In this document: positions 9,790 to 19,310 of the stretch, piece after piece | How the letters are laid out: the number at the start of each line of letters is the position of its first letter | Position numbering within the stretch: position 1 is the stretch's first letter | Source: a virus | DNA length: 64,000 nt | Reading direction: 5' to 3' (one strand) | Virus record (IMG/VR): IMGVR_UViG_3300048502_000040 | Coordinates: 23,901-87,900 of that record | Made by a program: the position numbers and the translations under genes | Notes under the pieces: generated by a model | Told to the model about the DNA's origin: nothing | The model's database searches: none | Seen by the model: the letters and a program-made list of their open reading frames with translations, nothing else

Positions 9790-10980
9790 GTGACTGAAAT
9801 CAAAAAGGCAAACCACCGCGCCCCGGTCGTACTCCTCACTGAGGGCATGTTCCGGGCGCACCCCGACCCGGAGACCGCCAACCTCGTTCTCATTGACGTA
9901 GAGGGCTACCAAGTAGTATCCCGTAAGGATTCGTTCAAGCCGGGTGACCTCGCCGTTTATGTGCAGCCTGACTCGGTGGTGCCTCAGACCACACCCTTCA
10001 AGTTCATCTGGGAGACCTACGTTGGTCTCGACGGCAAGGTGCCAGAGAAGCGCCGCCGCATCACGGTGCGCAAGTTCCGTGGTCAGTGGTCGGAAGGTCT
10101 ACTGCTTCCTCTCTCCGACTTCACCACCCACGAACTGATCGTCGGTGCCAACGGTGTAGTGAACAACTACCTGCCGAAAGCTGGCGACGATGTGTCGGAC
10201 GTGCTGGGCATCACCCACTACGATCCTGACGCCGACAAGGAGAGCACTAAAGGCGAGACCGCCAACGCTCCCAAGGTCAAGACCAAGAAGCGTCCAAAGA
10301 CGCTAAAGGGATGGTTCTTCTACATCCTCGCATTCTTCACTCGCCGCCGCTACAAGGTGCTTACTCAGGAGGTCGGCTTCCATCTCCCTGTGTACGACGT
10401 GGAGGGCTACAAGAACTACAAGGACGCCATCCAGATCGGTGAGACGGTCGTTATGACCGAGAAGATTCACGGATCGAATGCGCGGTTCATCTGCCTCGAC
10501 GGTGTGATATACGTCGGCTCCCGTAATCGGTGGAAGGCTCCCGGCACCGGAACGGTGTGGCACAAAGCGTTGGAGCAGAACCCGTGGATCGAGGAGTGGC
10601 TCCGCAAGTACGAGGGCTACGCTCTCTACGGTGAAGTGACTCCGACACAGGCGAAGTTCAATTACGGCTGCAAGCCCGGCGATGTCAAGTTTTTCGTCTT
10701 CGACATCTTCACCCCTGAGAATAAGTGGGTGGACTTCAATGACTTCGTGAACTACGGCTTCCGTCCGGCAGACGGTCGGCGTGTTCCGTTCCTCTACCTC
10801 GGGCCGTTCACCAAGGAACTGTTGGAGGAAAAGGCTGTCGGCAACTCTCTGGTGCCCGGCGCAAGCCACATCCGTGAGGGCGTCGTCACCAAGCCCATCA
10901 ACGAGCGCCACGCGAAGGGTCTGGGAAGGGTGCAGTTGAAGTTAGTTTCCAATGACTTTCTCGCCAAGGACTCGAAGTAG
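9790..10980 (+). CDS. RNA ligase, Rnl2/DRB0094-like, with N-terminal OB (tRNA-binding-type) domain
   Basis: HPDPETANL..V.GYQVV..K..FKPGDLAVYVQPDS N-domain; EKIHGSNAR, LYGEV, FFVFDI, REGVV, LKLVS..FL. Confidence 0.85.
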   Translation: MTEIKKANHRAPVVLLTEGMFRAHPDPETANLVLIDVEGYQVVSRKDSFKPGDLAVYVQPDSVVPQTTPFKFIWETYVGLDGKVPEKRRRITVRKFRGQWSEGLLLPLSDFTTHELIVGANGVVNNYLPKAGDDVSDVLGITHYDPDADKESTKGETANAPKVKTKKRPKTLKGWFFYILAFFTRRRYKVLTQEVGFHLPVYDVEGYKNYKDAIQIGETVVMTEKIHGSNARFICLDGVIYVGSRNRWKAPGTGTVWHKALEQNPWIEEWLRKYEGYALYGEVTPTQAKFNYGCKPGDVKFFVFDIFTPENKWVDFNDFVNYGFRPADGRRVPFLYLGPFTKELLEEKAVGNSLVPGASHIREGVVTKPINERHAKGLGRVQLKLVSNDFLAKDSK

Positions 10981-11076
10981 AAATAAAGTGTGAAATTCAT
11001 GCAACTTTTTGGTGCATTTCGCGTCTAATGTAGTGCAGGCGTGTGTTGGGAGGCAGACGCCTGCACGAAAGGACTT

Positions 11077-11161
11077 ATGAGAAAAAGAAAATACCCTGTC
11101 TCTGGAGGGTGCGATAGAGTATCTGAAAGGACACGCTAAAATTGAGCAGCATACCATCTGA
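11077..11161 (+). pseudogene. internally deleted EndoVII-type homing endonuclease scar
   Basis: GAAAGGA RBS plus MRKRKYP start, joined out of frame to LEGAIEYLKGHAKIEQHTI* (11102-11161), which matches the L..A.EYL C-terminus of the intact EndoVII genes in this window. Confidence 0.6.
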
Positions 11162-13244
11162 ATTTCAGGGCAGTCCTGCCTTCGCTTTAGTTCTTTCACA
11201 AGGATGGGAATATAGAACAGCAACCTCATCTAACATAGAGATTGAGGCTTGTCCTTACTGTAAACATTCAAATTACCACTTCCGCATGGAGATTCACGGT
11301 GCGGGAGATGCAGATCAGAACCGCGACGGCCTGCACATGTGCCACCACTGCGGCAAGGGTGGGAACCTATTCAGCCTGAAAGACAAGCTGAAGCTGGTGA
11401 ACCCGGCGATGGAGAGCACGTCTAGCTACGGCGGAAGCAAGGGCGAATCCTCTAAGATGGAGGAGATGCCCGACACAGATGCGATGCACGAGGCGTTGCT
11501 GGCCGATGAGCCTGCGATGGACTACCTTCTGAACGGTCGCGGCTTCTCACAAGAGATTGTGGAGCAGATGAAGCTGGGCCTGACCAAGCGGTACTTCCGT
11601 GAGACAGGCGAAGTCCGGGCGCTGGTGTATCCGTACCTCGTAAACGGCCAAGCGGTATTCCTGCACTTCCGCACGCTGCCGACAATGCCGCTGGAGAAAA
11701 ACAAGGTAGAAAAGGCGTTCTCCAGCTTGAAGGGCTGGGACGTTCCTATCTACAACGGCGAGATACTGCGCGAAGGTTTGAAGGAGGTCTTCTTCGTTGA
11801 AGGCGAGGCCAACTGCATCGCGGCGATAGATCACGGTGTCACTGACATTTGCGGCGTCCCCGGCGCGAACTTCAAGAAGGCCGACTGGATCGACACGCTT
11901 GACAGAATAGGCGTGGAGAAGGTATACATCTGTTATGACAAGGACAAGGTTGGGCAGAAGGCTGCGCAGACTTTGGCAGCGCGAATCGGCATTGAGAAGT
12001 GCTGGAAGATCGTGCTGCCGGACTTCGATGTGGTCACGGACGAAGGAAAGCACCGCAAAGGCAAAGACCTCAACGAGTGGTTTGTGTCTGGTGGGGGCAC
12101 GGCTGAGGCGCTTCAGAAGCTCAAAGAGGATGCACGACTCTTCGACGTTGACGGTGTAGCATCATCACACGATTCCGTCCAAGAGTTCTACGAAGACCTT
12201 CTGGGCAACGGTGTCGAACCGAAGTACCAGACGGCTTGGCCGACACTCAACAAGGTGTTGGGAATTGACGAGGGCGATGTCATCGACATCCTCGCGCCAG
12301 AGAAGGTAGGCAAGACAACCTTCGGCCTGAACATCATGGAGCACATGGTCTCCGCGTACGGCGAGGATGGTGTCATCATATGCCTCGAAATGACGCGGGC
12401 ACGTATGGCCCGGAAGTGGATTTGCCACGTCACCGGGATCGAAGACAACATCCCCAAGTCGTCAGAGGAAGCGACGTTCCTGAAGGATCAGTTCATGGAC
12501 GCCATCCCCAAGGTGCAGGCAATGGCCGGGGAACGAAAGGGGACGCTCTACTTCTGCTATCCGAAGTACAGCACCAAGGAAGAGATTTACGACCTGATGA
12601 AGGACTGCATCAGGCGGTACGGCGTCAAGTGGATCATGATCGACAACATCCAACGGCTTGCTGACACCACGTCATCGGCCAAGGGTACGAATCGAACTGA
12701 GCACCTGTCGCAGATCAGTAAGGTGACATCGCAGATCGCCAAGGATTACAACATCCAGATGATCCGCATCCTTCAACCTCACCGCATCATGGTTGGCAAG
12801 ATGGTCACCACTGACAACGTGGACGGCTCCTCGCAGATCGCCAAGGATTGCGACTGCATGGTCACCCTCCACCGGAACCGCAAGGCGGAACTTACGCAGG
12901 AACAGTTTGACCAGTTGCAGCACATCGAGAGCGACGGCGCTTTCGAGACTGGGATGGTTGTCACGGCTGGGCTGACCCGGTATTCGCAGGGCGGCACGAC
13001 GACGCTGGAGTATGACGGTGCCCGGAGCACGGTGCTTGAACGGAACGAAACCATCAAGAGTAAGATCAAGGACTCCCACAAGGTCGAAGACCAAGGGTCT
13101 AAGATTGCCGCTCTGAAGGCTGCCACGGCCCCGGCGCTGGCTCAACCACCCATCGCCCCCGGCAAAGCGCCCGAGGCTGCTGTGACCCCCGTAGCGCCTC
13201 AAAGCGCAGTATCGGCGGAGGACGGCGGAGAGATAACAGTCTAA
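11142..13244 (+). CDS. primase-helicase (T7 gp4/Twinkle-like)
   Basis: Zn finger CPYC..CHHC; TOPRIM VEGE..D, YDKD, GKDLNE; helicase Walker A-like APEKVGKTT, MIDN, H4 GSSQIAKDCD. Confidence 0.9.
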   Translation: MSSIPSEFQGSPAFALVLSQGWEYRTATSSNIEIEACPYCKHSNYHFRMEIHGAGDADQNRDGLHMCHHCGKGGNLFSLKDKLKLVNPAMESTSSYGGSKGESSKMEEMPDTDAMHEALLADEPAMDYLLNGRGFSQEIVEQMKLGLTKRYFRETGEVRALVYPYLVNGQAVFLHFRTLPTMPLEKNKVEKAFSSLKGWDVPIYNGEILREGLKEVFFVEGEANCIAAIDHGVTDICGVPGANFKKADWIDTLDRIGVEKVYICYDKDKVGQKAAQTLAARIGIEKCWKIVLPDFDVVTDEGKHRKGKDLNEWFVSGGGTAEALQKLKEDARLFDVDGVASSHDSVQEFYEDLLGNGVEPKYQTAWPTLNKVLGIDEGDVIDILAPEKVGKTTFGLNIMEHMVSAYGEDGVIICLEMTRARMARKWICHVTGIEDNIPKSSEEATFLKDQFMDAIPKVQAMAGERKGTLYFCYPKYSTKEEIYDLMKDCIRRYGVKWIMIDNIQRLADTTSSAKGTNRTEHLSQISKVTSQIAKDYNIQMIRILQPHRIMVGKMVTTDNVDGSSQIAKDCDCMVTLHRNRKAELTQEQFDQLQHIESDGAFETGMVVTAGLTRYSQGGTTTLEYDGARSTVLERNETIKSKIKDSHKVEDQGSKIAALKAATAPALAQPPIAPGKAPEAAVTPVAPQSAVSAEDGGEITV

Positions 13245-13756
13245 TGGTCAAGATGAAGCTGGAATTGGATGTAGCGTCGGTACGAGATACCGTACGGCGC
13301 TACAACCTGAGCAACGAGGTTGACCTCCTGCAACACGGGTACACGCTGAAGTACGTCGGCGGCGGCCTGTTCAGGAATGTCTACAGAATTGTTGGCACAA
13401 AACTCGTCGTCAAGGTGCCCATCGGTGCGAAGGGGCGCAGGCATTCCCAAGGTGAGATGCGGGCCTATCGCAGGATCATGGCGTCGAAGCGGCGCTACGT
13501 GAACATGCAGCTTTACATGCCTGAGATTCTGGCGTACAATGCACGGACTGGGATGATCCTTATGCCAGAGTATCGGGCGGTCGCCAAGCCTGACCACAAG
13601 AGGGTCGCCGAACTGGGCAAGCTGGCGGGCGCGGCAATGGGCAAGTATTGCGACCTGCACATCTGGAACGTCGGCAAGGGTAAGCTGGGTGACTTCCGCT
13701 TCTTTGATCTTGGCTACTTCGTTCATCGCATCAAGCCGAAGGCGAGGGCCGCGTGA
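13244..13756 (+). CDS. minimal protein-kinase-like (PKL) fold protein
   Basis: G-loop YVGGGLFRNVY, LVVKVP, alphaC Glu (GEMRAY), catalytic CDLHIWNV, FFDLG. Confidence 0.7.
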   Translation: MVKMKLELDVASVRDTVRRYNLSNEVDLLQHGYTLKYVGGGLFRNVYRIVGTKLVVKVPIGAKGRRHSQGEMRAYRRIMASKRRYVNMQLYMPEILAYNARTGMILMPEYRAVAKPDHKRVAELGKLAGAAMGKYCDLHIWNVGKGKLGDFRFFDLGYFVHRIKPKARAA

Positions 13757-14367
13757 CGAAGGCTAAATTCATTGACTTGTCCGGTCAGAAGTTGGGCAAG
13801 TGGACGGTCATAAAGCGCGTCAAGAAGAAAGGCTCAGATGGTGCCCTGTTTGAATGCCAGTGCGAATGTGGAACCCGGCGTGTAGTTGCAGCCGATTCCC
13901 TCTCACGCGGCAATTCACAAAGCTGTGGTGAGTGCGTTGTGCGTACCAAACAGATTTGTAGGCACGGCCATGACACCGCTATTCTTGGAAGAACAGAAAC
14001 AGGTGGATGTAGAGCCTGCATTCGAGACAAACGGATGCAAACTCTATACGGCATAACACTAGCTGAGTACACTGAACTCTGGAGCTTCCAAGGCGGCCAA
14101 TGTGCAATATGTGAAGCGCCGCTGCAACACCCGGACAGCATTGGTAAGCCGGGTTGGAACAACGGCATCAGGGTTGAAGTTGACCATGACCATAACAAAG
14201 AGTTGAAGCCACGCCAAGCCGTTCGCGGTTTATTGTGTGGCGGTCGTTGGAAGGGCTGCAACCGAAGGCTGGGTCATATAGACGATCCTAAGTGGCTGAA
14301 GAAGGCTGCTATGTATCTTGATAACCCCCCGGCTCAGGCGATGATAAGGATCAAGGAGGCATCATGA
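13753..14367 (+). CDS. EndoVII-type homing endonuclease with N-terminal DNA-binding domain
   Basis: G.KLGKWTV..ECQCECG; QGGQCAIC..VDHDH..VRGLLC..CN..LG. Confidence 0.85.
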   Translation: MTKAKFIDLSGQKLGKWTVIKRVKKKGSDGALFECQCECGTRRVVAADSLSRGNSQSCGECVVRTKQICRHGHDTAILGRTETGGCRACIRDKRMQTLYGITLAEYTELWSFQGGQCAICEAPLQHPDSIGKPGWNNGIRVEVDHDHNKELKPRQAVRGLLCGGRWKGCNRRLGHIDDPKWLKKAAMYLDNPPAQAMIRIKEAS

Positions 14368-14645
14368 AGCAGTTCATCCTAGCCGCGATGTTGTTGCTCA
14401 CCGCCTGCGGGCGCACAGAGCAGATCAACCCTCTCACCAACGCACCCGGTGTGGTGCTCGACAATCAGATCACCGACCCAGAAGATTGTGTGTATTCGAC
14501 TGAGGTCGATCCGAAGGGTATGTATTACAACATACATGGCTACGCTGTAGATGGCGTTTTGGCTACGTCAGAAGTATCGTGCGACGACACGCTAATCCAG
14601 TGGCTCGATACGAAGAGAGTCCCGGTACGAATGCTCCGGGCGTAG
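14364..14645 (+). CDS. putative lipoprotein
   Basis: Signal peptide with lipobox LLTAC. Confidence 0.6.
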   Translation: MKQFILAAMLLLTACGRTEQINPLTNAPGVVLDNQITDPEDCVYSTEVDPKGMYYNIHGYAVDGVLATSEVSCDDTLIQWLDTKRVPVRMLRA

Positions 14646-14664
14646 TAGGCAGTACAGGAGGAAG

Positions 14665-15105
14665 ATGGCAGATAGCAACAAGAGTCGGAAGGCTAACTCC
14701 GTCCGATTCGCCCGCAACAAGGCAGCGTTCGAGGAAGTCTTAGGCAACCCGTTCGTGAAGCCAGAGCCGTTGCAAGGGCACTACCAGAGGTTCAAGACCA
14801 AGAGCGTCATCAAAGCGATGGTGTACTCGGACGAGACCGCTGCGACCCGCAACAACTGCCAACCCACTGTCCTAGACTTTTTCTGTGACGTGGAGCGCAT
14901 CGTTGGCAAGGTCATGGTAACGAAGGATCGAATCGAACTCTTCTGGAGAACGTACGTGACGGATGAAGATGACCGTCTGTTCACTCCGCAAGAGCGCGAA
15001 GAGATCGAACAACAGGTTGGGGCAAGCCTGCTGGAACTCAAACTTAGCCCGGTGCTGGAATACTTTCAAACAGAAAGAAAACCCGGAATGATGACAAGGA
15101 GGTAG
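14665..15105 (+). CDS. hypothetical protein
   Basis: AGGAGG RBS. Confidence 0.75.
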   Translation: MADSNKSRKANSVRFARNKAAFEEVLGNPFVKPEPLQGHYQRFKTKSVIKAMVYSDETAATRNNCQPTVLDFFCDVERIVGKVMVTKDRIELFWRTYVTDEDDRLFTPQEREEIEQQVGASLLELKLSPVLEYFQTERKPGMMTRR

Positions 15106-15546
15106 ATGCGAGAAAACCACGGAATGTACAGGTCTGCCGAGTACCGCGCTTACAAACAGGCTAAAGGCAGGTGCCAAAACGTTTATGACAGATGCTATGT
15201 TGATTACGGCAGGCGTGGTATTGAGTTCAGGTTTGAAACTTTTGCTGCGTTCTATAAAGAACTTGGCAAGCGCCCATCCTCGGTACACTCCCTTGATCGT
15301 ACAGACAACAACGGTCATTACGAAGTTGGCAACGTAAAGTGGTCAACCAAGTCTGAACAGGTATCCAACCGGAGGCGTTACACTCGAACACGAGGTAACG
15401 CAAAGGGCTACACCAAGCACCGAGGCAAGTTTAGGGTGCAATTTTCCTTCATGGGAACCGCCTACTATGGAGGGTTGTTCGCAACGCGTAAAGAAGCTCA
15501 CGCTGCTTACATCAAACAAACCACAGAGCTTCACAACCCGGAATGA
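15106..15546 (+). CDS. HNH homing endonuclease with AP2-like C-terminus
   Basis: K.RC...YGRRGI..F..F..ELGKRP..HSLDRTDNNGHYEVGNVKWST..EQ..N. Confidence 0.85.
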   Translation: MRENHGMYRSAEYRAYKQAKGRCQNVYDRCYVDYGRRGIEFRFETFAAFYKELGKRPSSVHSLDRTDNNGHYEVGNVKWSTKSEQVSNRRRYTRTRGNAKGYTKHRGKFRVQFSFMGTAYYGGLFATRKEAHAAYIKQTTELHNPE

Positions 15547-15560
15547 TGACGAGGAAATAA

Positions 15561-15806
15561 ATGGCAGAAGTAGCCACCGTCCCAGTGACGCCAATAGACG
15601 CACTGGTAGTAGCACCGGACATCCTAGCAGATGTTCGCAGGCAGATGAACGCAGAGCTTGACGAGGACAACACACCCGTCCAGCGTGGGATGCTGTTACA
15701 GAAGTACGGTCTCATCCCGCCCGTCTTCACGACCTCTGAACTGGCCGTGATTGAAAACCGCAAGAAGCTCGAAGCGAAAAGGAGACGCCGTGCAGCCAGA
15801 GACTAA
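15561..15806 (+). CDS. hypothetical protein
   Basis: GAGGA RBS. Confidence 0.65.
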   Translation: MAEVATVPVTPIDALVVAPDILADVRRQMNAELDEDNTPVQRGMLLQKYGLIPPVFTTSELAVIENRKKLEAKRRRRAARD

Positions 15807-16377
15807 CGAAGCGTACGATCCGAAGAACTGGCCCGAGTCCGACCTCGTGGTCTATCCGCCGACCGAGCAACAGGAGTTGTTCCCCTCACCAGAGGTTCAG
15901 GCGCAGGCCGCCGACCTCATCGCCGTAGCGGAAGAGCAGGCTGACGCCGCATCCGGTGCTGATCCTGAACTCGTCTACGAGAAGACCAACGCACCGCTGA
16001 AGGACGGCAAGCTGCCGGACTACTACCGCAAGGCCACGGACGGCACGATCATCCCCATCACCAAGGCCGAGTACAAGCGCGGCATGTTGAAGGAGTTCAC
16101 CGTCAAGCACCACCCACTTCCCTGTGGGCACAAGCTGGTCGCCGGGCAACCGCCACGGCACCGCAACTGTCAAGCCTGCTGGTTCACGTTCTTCCAAGTT
16201 CACGGGGAACTGACACAGGCTGTCGATGAGGCGTACAACGCCAACGGCACGGAAGTCGGCAAGGCACTCATCACGCAACTTCGTGGAGTGAAGTTCTTCA
16301 AGAACTTCCTACGGTTCATGTCCACGGTGGCGGCGATGAAGGCGAAACTGGAGACTCAAACAGCAGATGCCGTATAA
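15790..16377 (+). CDS. hypothetical protein, possible Zn-binding
   Basis: AAAGGAG plus GTG 15790; CGH..NCQAC. Confidence 0.7.
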   Translation: MQPETNEAYDPKNWPESDLVVYPPTEQQELFPSPEVQAQAADLIAVAEEQADAASGADPELVYEKTNAPLKDGKLPDYYRKATDGTIIPITKAEYKRGMLKEFTVKHHPLPCGHKLVAGQPPRHRNCQACWFTFFQVHGELTQAVDEAYNANGTEVGKALITQLRGVKFFKNFLRFMSTVAAMKAKLETQTADAV

Positions 16378-16867
16378 CCTAAAACATGGTATGTCTTTTG
16401 CGCCTGAGTATCAGGTGTATGCGACAGCCAAAGACAGGTGTACCAATCCTAACTCTCAACGATGGGAATCGCACGGTGCCAGAGGCATCGAGTTCCGGTT
16501 CCCATCGTTTGAAGTGTTTTACGAGCACATTGGCAAGCGACCAGAGGGGGACTACTCGTTAGAGCGTATAGACAATAATGGTCACTATGAGCTAGGTAAC
16601 GTGAAGTGGGCTACCCGTTCTGAACAGCAGAAAAACAAAAGAACGTTCACTAGGAAGGTAAGGCACGGGAAAGGTTTCTATAGGCACAAAGCGTCAGGTA
16701 AACTGATGGTGCGTGTACGGTTCTTCAACAGGATGTACTATGTGGGTCTTTTTGTAGATGAAGAACCCGCCAGAAAAGCCTATGAAGATAAGTTAGAGGA
16801 ATTGAGGAAAGAGCATGAGCAATGCGTTAGCGGCGTTAGCTGCTATCACCAAACCAAAAGCGTTTGA
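16367..16867 (+). CDS. HNH homing endonuclease with AP2-like C-terminus
   Basis: AKDRC..GARGIEF..HIGKRP..YSLERIDNNGHYELGNVKWATRSEQ; paralog of 15106-15546. Confidence 0.85.
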   Translation: MPYNLKHGMSFAPEYQVYATAKDRCTNPNSQRWESHGARGIEFRFPSFEVFYEHIGKRPEGDYSLERIDNNGHYELGNVKWATRSEQQKNKRTFTRKVRHGKGFYRHKASGKLMVRVRFFNRMYYVGLFVDEEPARKAYEDKLEELRKEHEQCVSGVSCYHQTKSV

Positions 16868-18026
16868 GATAGCTGCGGCAAAGAAGGAACACAAATCAGA
16901 ACAAAAGGAAGCAAAGGCGGCCCTAGCATCCGGCACCGCTCCCCTGTCTATGGCGGATAAGCTGAAAGCTCTGGATGATGTCAGGGCGAAACTAAACAAG
17001 CAGTTCTCCACATCTACCACGATCATAACCAACTCTGTGATGTCTTTGGGCAGCCGCGTTGGTCAGGACATACCTCATACCCCAACCAACATTGTGTCTC
17101 TCGACGAGGACGTGTTAGGAATTGGGGGAGTGCCAGACGGTCGTATCATTGAAATCTTTGGCCCTGAGTCTTCTGGAAAGACTACAATTGCCCTTGAGTT
17201 CATCGCTGAAGAGCAGAAACTAGGTAACCTAGCTGCGTTTGTTGATGCCGAGCACGCCTTAGACCCTAACTACGCGGCCAAGCTGGGAGTAGACGTAAAG
17301 ATGCTACAGGTGTCCCAACCGGATTCAGGGGAACAAGCACTTGAGACAGTTGTAGCACTAATTGAATCTCGTGCTGTTTCTATAATAGTTGTAGATTCGG
17401 TGTCCGCACTTACCCCTCAAGCTGAGTTGGATGGTGAAATGGGTGACGCACACATGGGTCTACAGGCCCGGTTGATGTCACAAGCCTGCCGCAAGATCAG
17501 GGGAATTGCTTCTATCAACAAAGTCAAAGTAATTTTCCTGAACCAAATCAGGGAGAAGGTCGGTGTGAGCTTCGGCAACCCGGAAGTCACGAGCGGCGGT
17601 AAGGCGCTGAAATTCTACGCATCGGTACGGCTGGACATCCGGCGCGTGTCGAAGACGGACGGCGGCGAGATCATGAGCGGAGAAGTTCTGGTCGGCCACA
17701 AGATGAAGATCAAGGCCATCAAGAACAAGGGCGCGGCCCCATTCCGCTCGACCATCGTTGACCTGATCTATGGCGTGGGCGTTGACCGCTTCGCCGACAT
17801 GGTGGACTACGCCGTGAAGATCGGGGTACTTGACAAGCAGGGCGGAGGTTGGATATACTTCGAGGGTGAGAGACTTTCGCAAGGTGTAGCCAACACGGTC
17901 GCGCTGCTGCGAGACGATCCAGAGAAGTTCGCCAAGGTCAAGGCAGGCGTGAAGAAGGCTCTCAAGGCCATCCGTGATGCCGAGCTTGAAGACCAGAAGG
18001 CGAAGATGGCGGAGGCTGCTGAGTAA
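16815..18026 (+). CDS. recA: RecA recombinase
   Basis: GRIIEIFGPESSGKTT, DAEHALD, IVVDSVSAL, GLQARLMSQA, NQIREKVG..GGKALKFYASVRLDIR. Confidence 0.97.
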   Translation: MSNALAALAAITKPKAFEIAAAKKEHKSEQKEAKAALASGTAPLSMADKLKALDDVRAKLNKQFSTSTTIITNSVMSLGSRVGQDIPHTPTNIVSLDEDVLGIGGVPDGRIIEIFGPESSGKTTIALEFIAEEQKLGNLAAFVDAEHALDPNYAAKLGVDVKMLQVSQPDSGEQALETVVALIESRAVSIIVVDSVSALTPQAELDGEMGDAHMGLQARLMSQACRKIRGIASINKVKVIFLNQIREKVGVSFGNPEVTSGGKALKFYASVRLDIRRVSKTDGGEIMSGEVLVGHKMKIKAIKNKGAAPFRSTIVDLIYGVGVDRFADMVDYAVKIGVLDKQGGGWIYFEGERLSQGVANTVALLRDDPEKFAKVKAGVKKALKAIRDAELEDQKAKMAEAAE

Positions 18027-18307
18027 TGGTTTACGTGCGAGTGGAGATATGGCCGAGAGGCGACAAAACCAAGGCCCGACTACTAGGGCAAGCGTTCATC
18101 GCAAACGATGCCTCTGGCACACCCACTCGCGGTAACTACAAAGCCATCCTGACGGACAGGCGCAACCGCCCGTTCCGCGCCGCTGTAGTGAAGAACTTTC
18201 CTCGTAAGGCCCGGCACGTCTTCGACCTCTTGAAGCTCGTGCTGGGCAACTCGACCTCGCTCAAAGCTAAACGGGTGATCGAGGAACTTGACAAGAACAT
18301 AGCGTAG
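18026..18307 (+). CDS. hypothetical protein
   Basis: TAATG coupling to recA. Confidence 0.65.
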   Translation: MVYVRVEIWPRGDKTKARLLGQAFIANDASGTPTRGNYKAILTDRRNRPFRAAVVKNFPRKARHVFDLLKLVLGNSTSLKAKRVIEELDKNIA

Positions 18308-18316
18308 TGGTAGACT
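18288..18316 (+). promoter_or_regulatory. sigma70-type promoter
   Basis: TTGACA-17 nt-TAGACT upstream of 18337. Confidence 0.75.
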
Positions 18317-18336
18317 GAAAGAGATCGGAGAATCGA

Positions 18337-19302
18337 ATGCCCGGATACAAAGCGAAGACCATCAAGGCCATCATCACGAAGAAGCTGAACGCGTGGATCG
18401 AATCGGTCGAAGACGAGAAGGTCAAAGACCTCCTCAAGAACAACGTGATCGTGACTGGTGGTTGCATCGTGTCGATGCTGCTAGGTGAGGATGTCAACGA
18501 CTTCGACATCTACCTGCGTAACCGGGAGACGGCGCTGGCTGTGGCGGAATACTACGTCGCCAAGTTCAAGGAGAAGCAGACCAACAAGACGGACTTCGAG
18601 CTTTACGTCTCAACCGAACCAGACTGGCGCGGCAACGACCGCGTTGCAATCGTGGCTAAGTCCGCAGGCATCGCCGGGGATGAAGGCAAGAACTCCGCAG
18701 GAGAGTACAAATACTTCGAGGCATTCCCTGACGAACAGGGATCGGCCTACGTGTCCCGCGTCATGGACAACCCGGAAGAGATTGAGGATGTACACGAGGA
18801 CGCAAGCATCGAGGCGAAGCGTGTAGAGGGAGAAGGCAAGTTCCGCCCGGTGTTCCTCAGTGGCAACGCCATCACGCTGAGTGACAAGATTCAGATCGTG
18901 CTCCGGTTCTTCGGATCGCCGGACGAAATTCACGAGAACTACGACTTCGTACACTGTACTTCGTACTACCAGAACTGGGACGGCACCCTCGTGTTGCGCC
19001 CGGCTGCGCTGGAGAGCATCCTGTCCAAGGAGCTTCGGTACGTCGGCAGCAAGTACCCAATCTGTTCTCTGGTGCGCCTGCGGAAGTTCATCTCTCGCGG
19101 CTGGCGCATCAATGCTGGGCAGGTTCTCAAGATGTCGATGCAAGTCAGTGAGCTTGACCTGACTGACATCAAGGTGTTGCAGGATCAGTTGACTGGTGTG
19201 GACACAGCGTATTTCGTCCAACTCATCGAGCGGCTGAAGGAGAAAGACCCGGAGAAGGTGGACACCGCCTATCTGGTTGAAATCATCGACAGAATGTTCT
19301 AA
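18337..19302 (+). CDS. Pol-beta-superfamily nucleotidyltransferase
   Basis: VIVTGG..DVNDFDIY (GG plus DxD), later YDFVHC and RLRKFISRGW. Confidence 0.65.
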   Translation: MPGYKAKTIKAIITKKLNAWIESVEDEKVKDLLKNNVIVTGGCIVSMLLGEDVNDFDIYLRNRETALAVAEYYVAKFKEKQTNKTDFELYVSTEPDWRGNDRVAIVAKSAGIAGDEGKNSAGEYKYFEAFPDEQGSAYVSRVMDNPEEIEDVHEDASIEAKRVEGEGKFRPVFLSGNAITLSDKIQIVLRFFGSPDEIHENYDFVHCTSYYQNWDGTLVLRPAALESILSKELRYVGSKYPICSLVRLRKFISRGWRINAGQVLKMSMQVSELDLTDIKVLQDQLTGVDTAYFVQLIERLKEKDPEKVDTAYLVEIIDRMF

Positions 19303-19310
19303 GGAGAATC

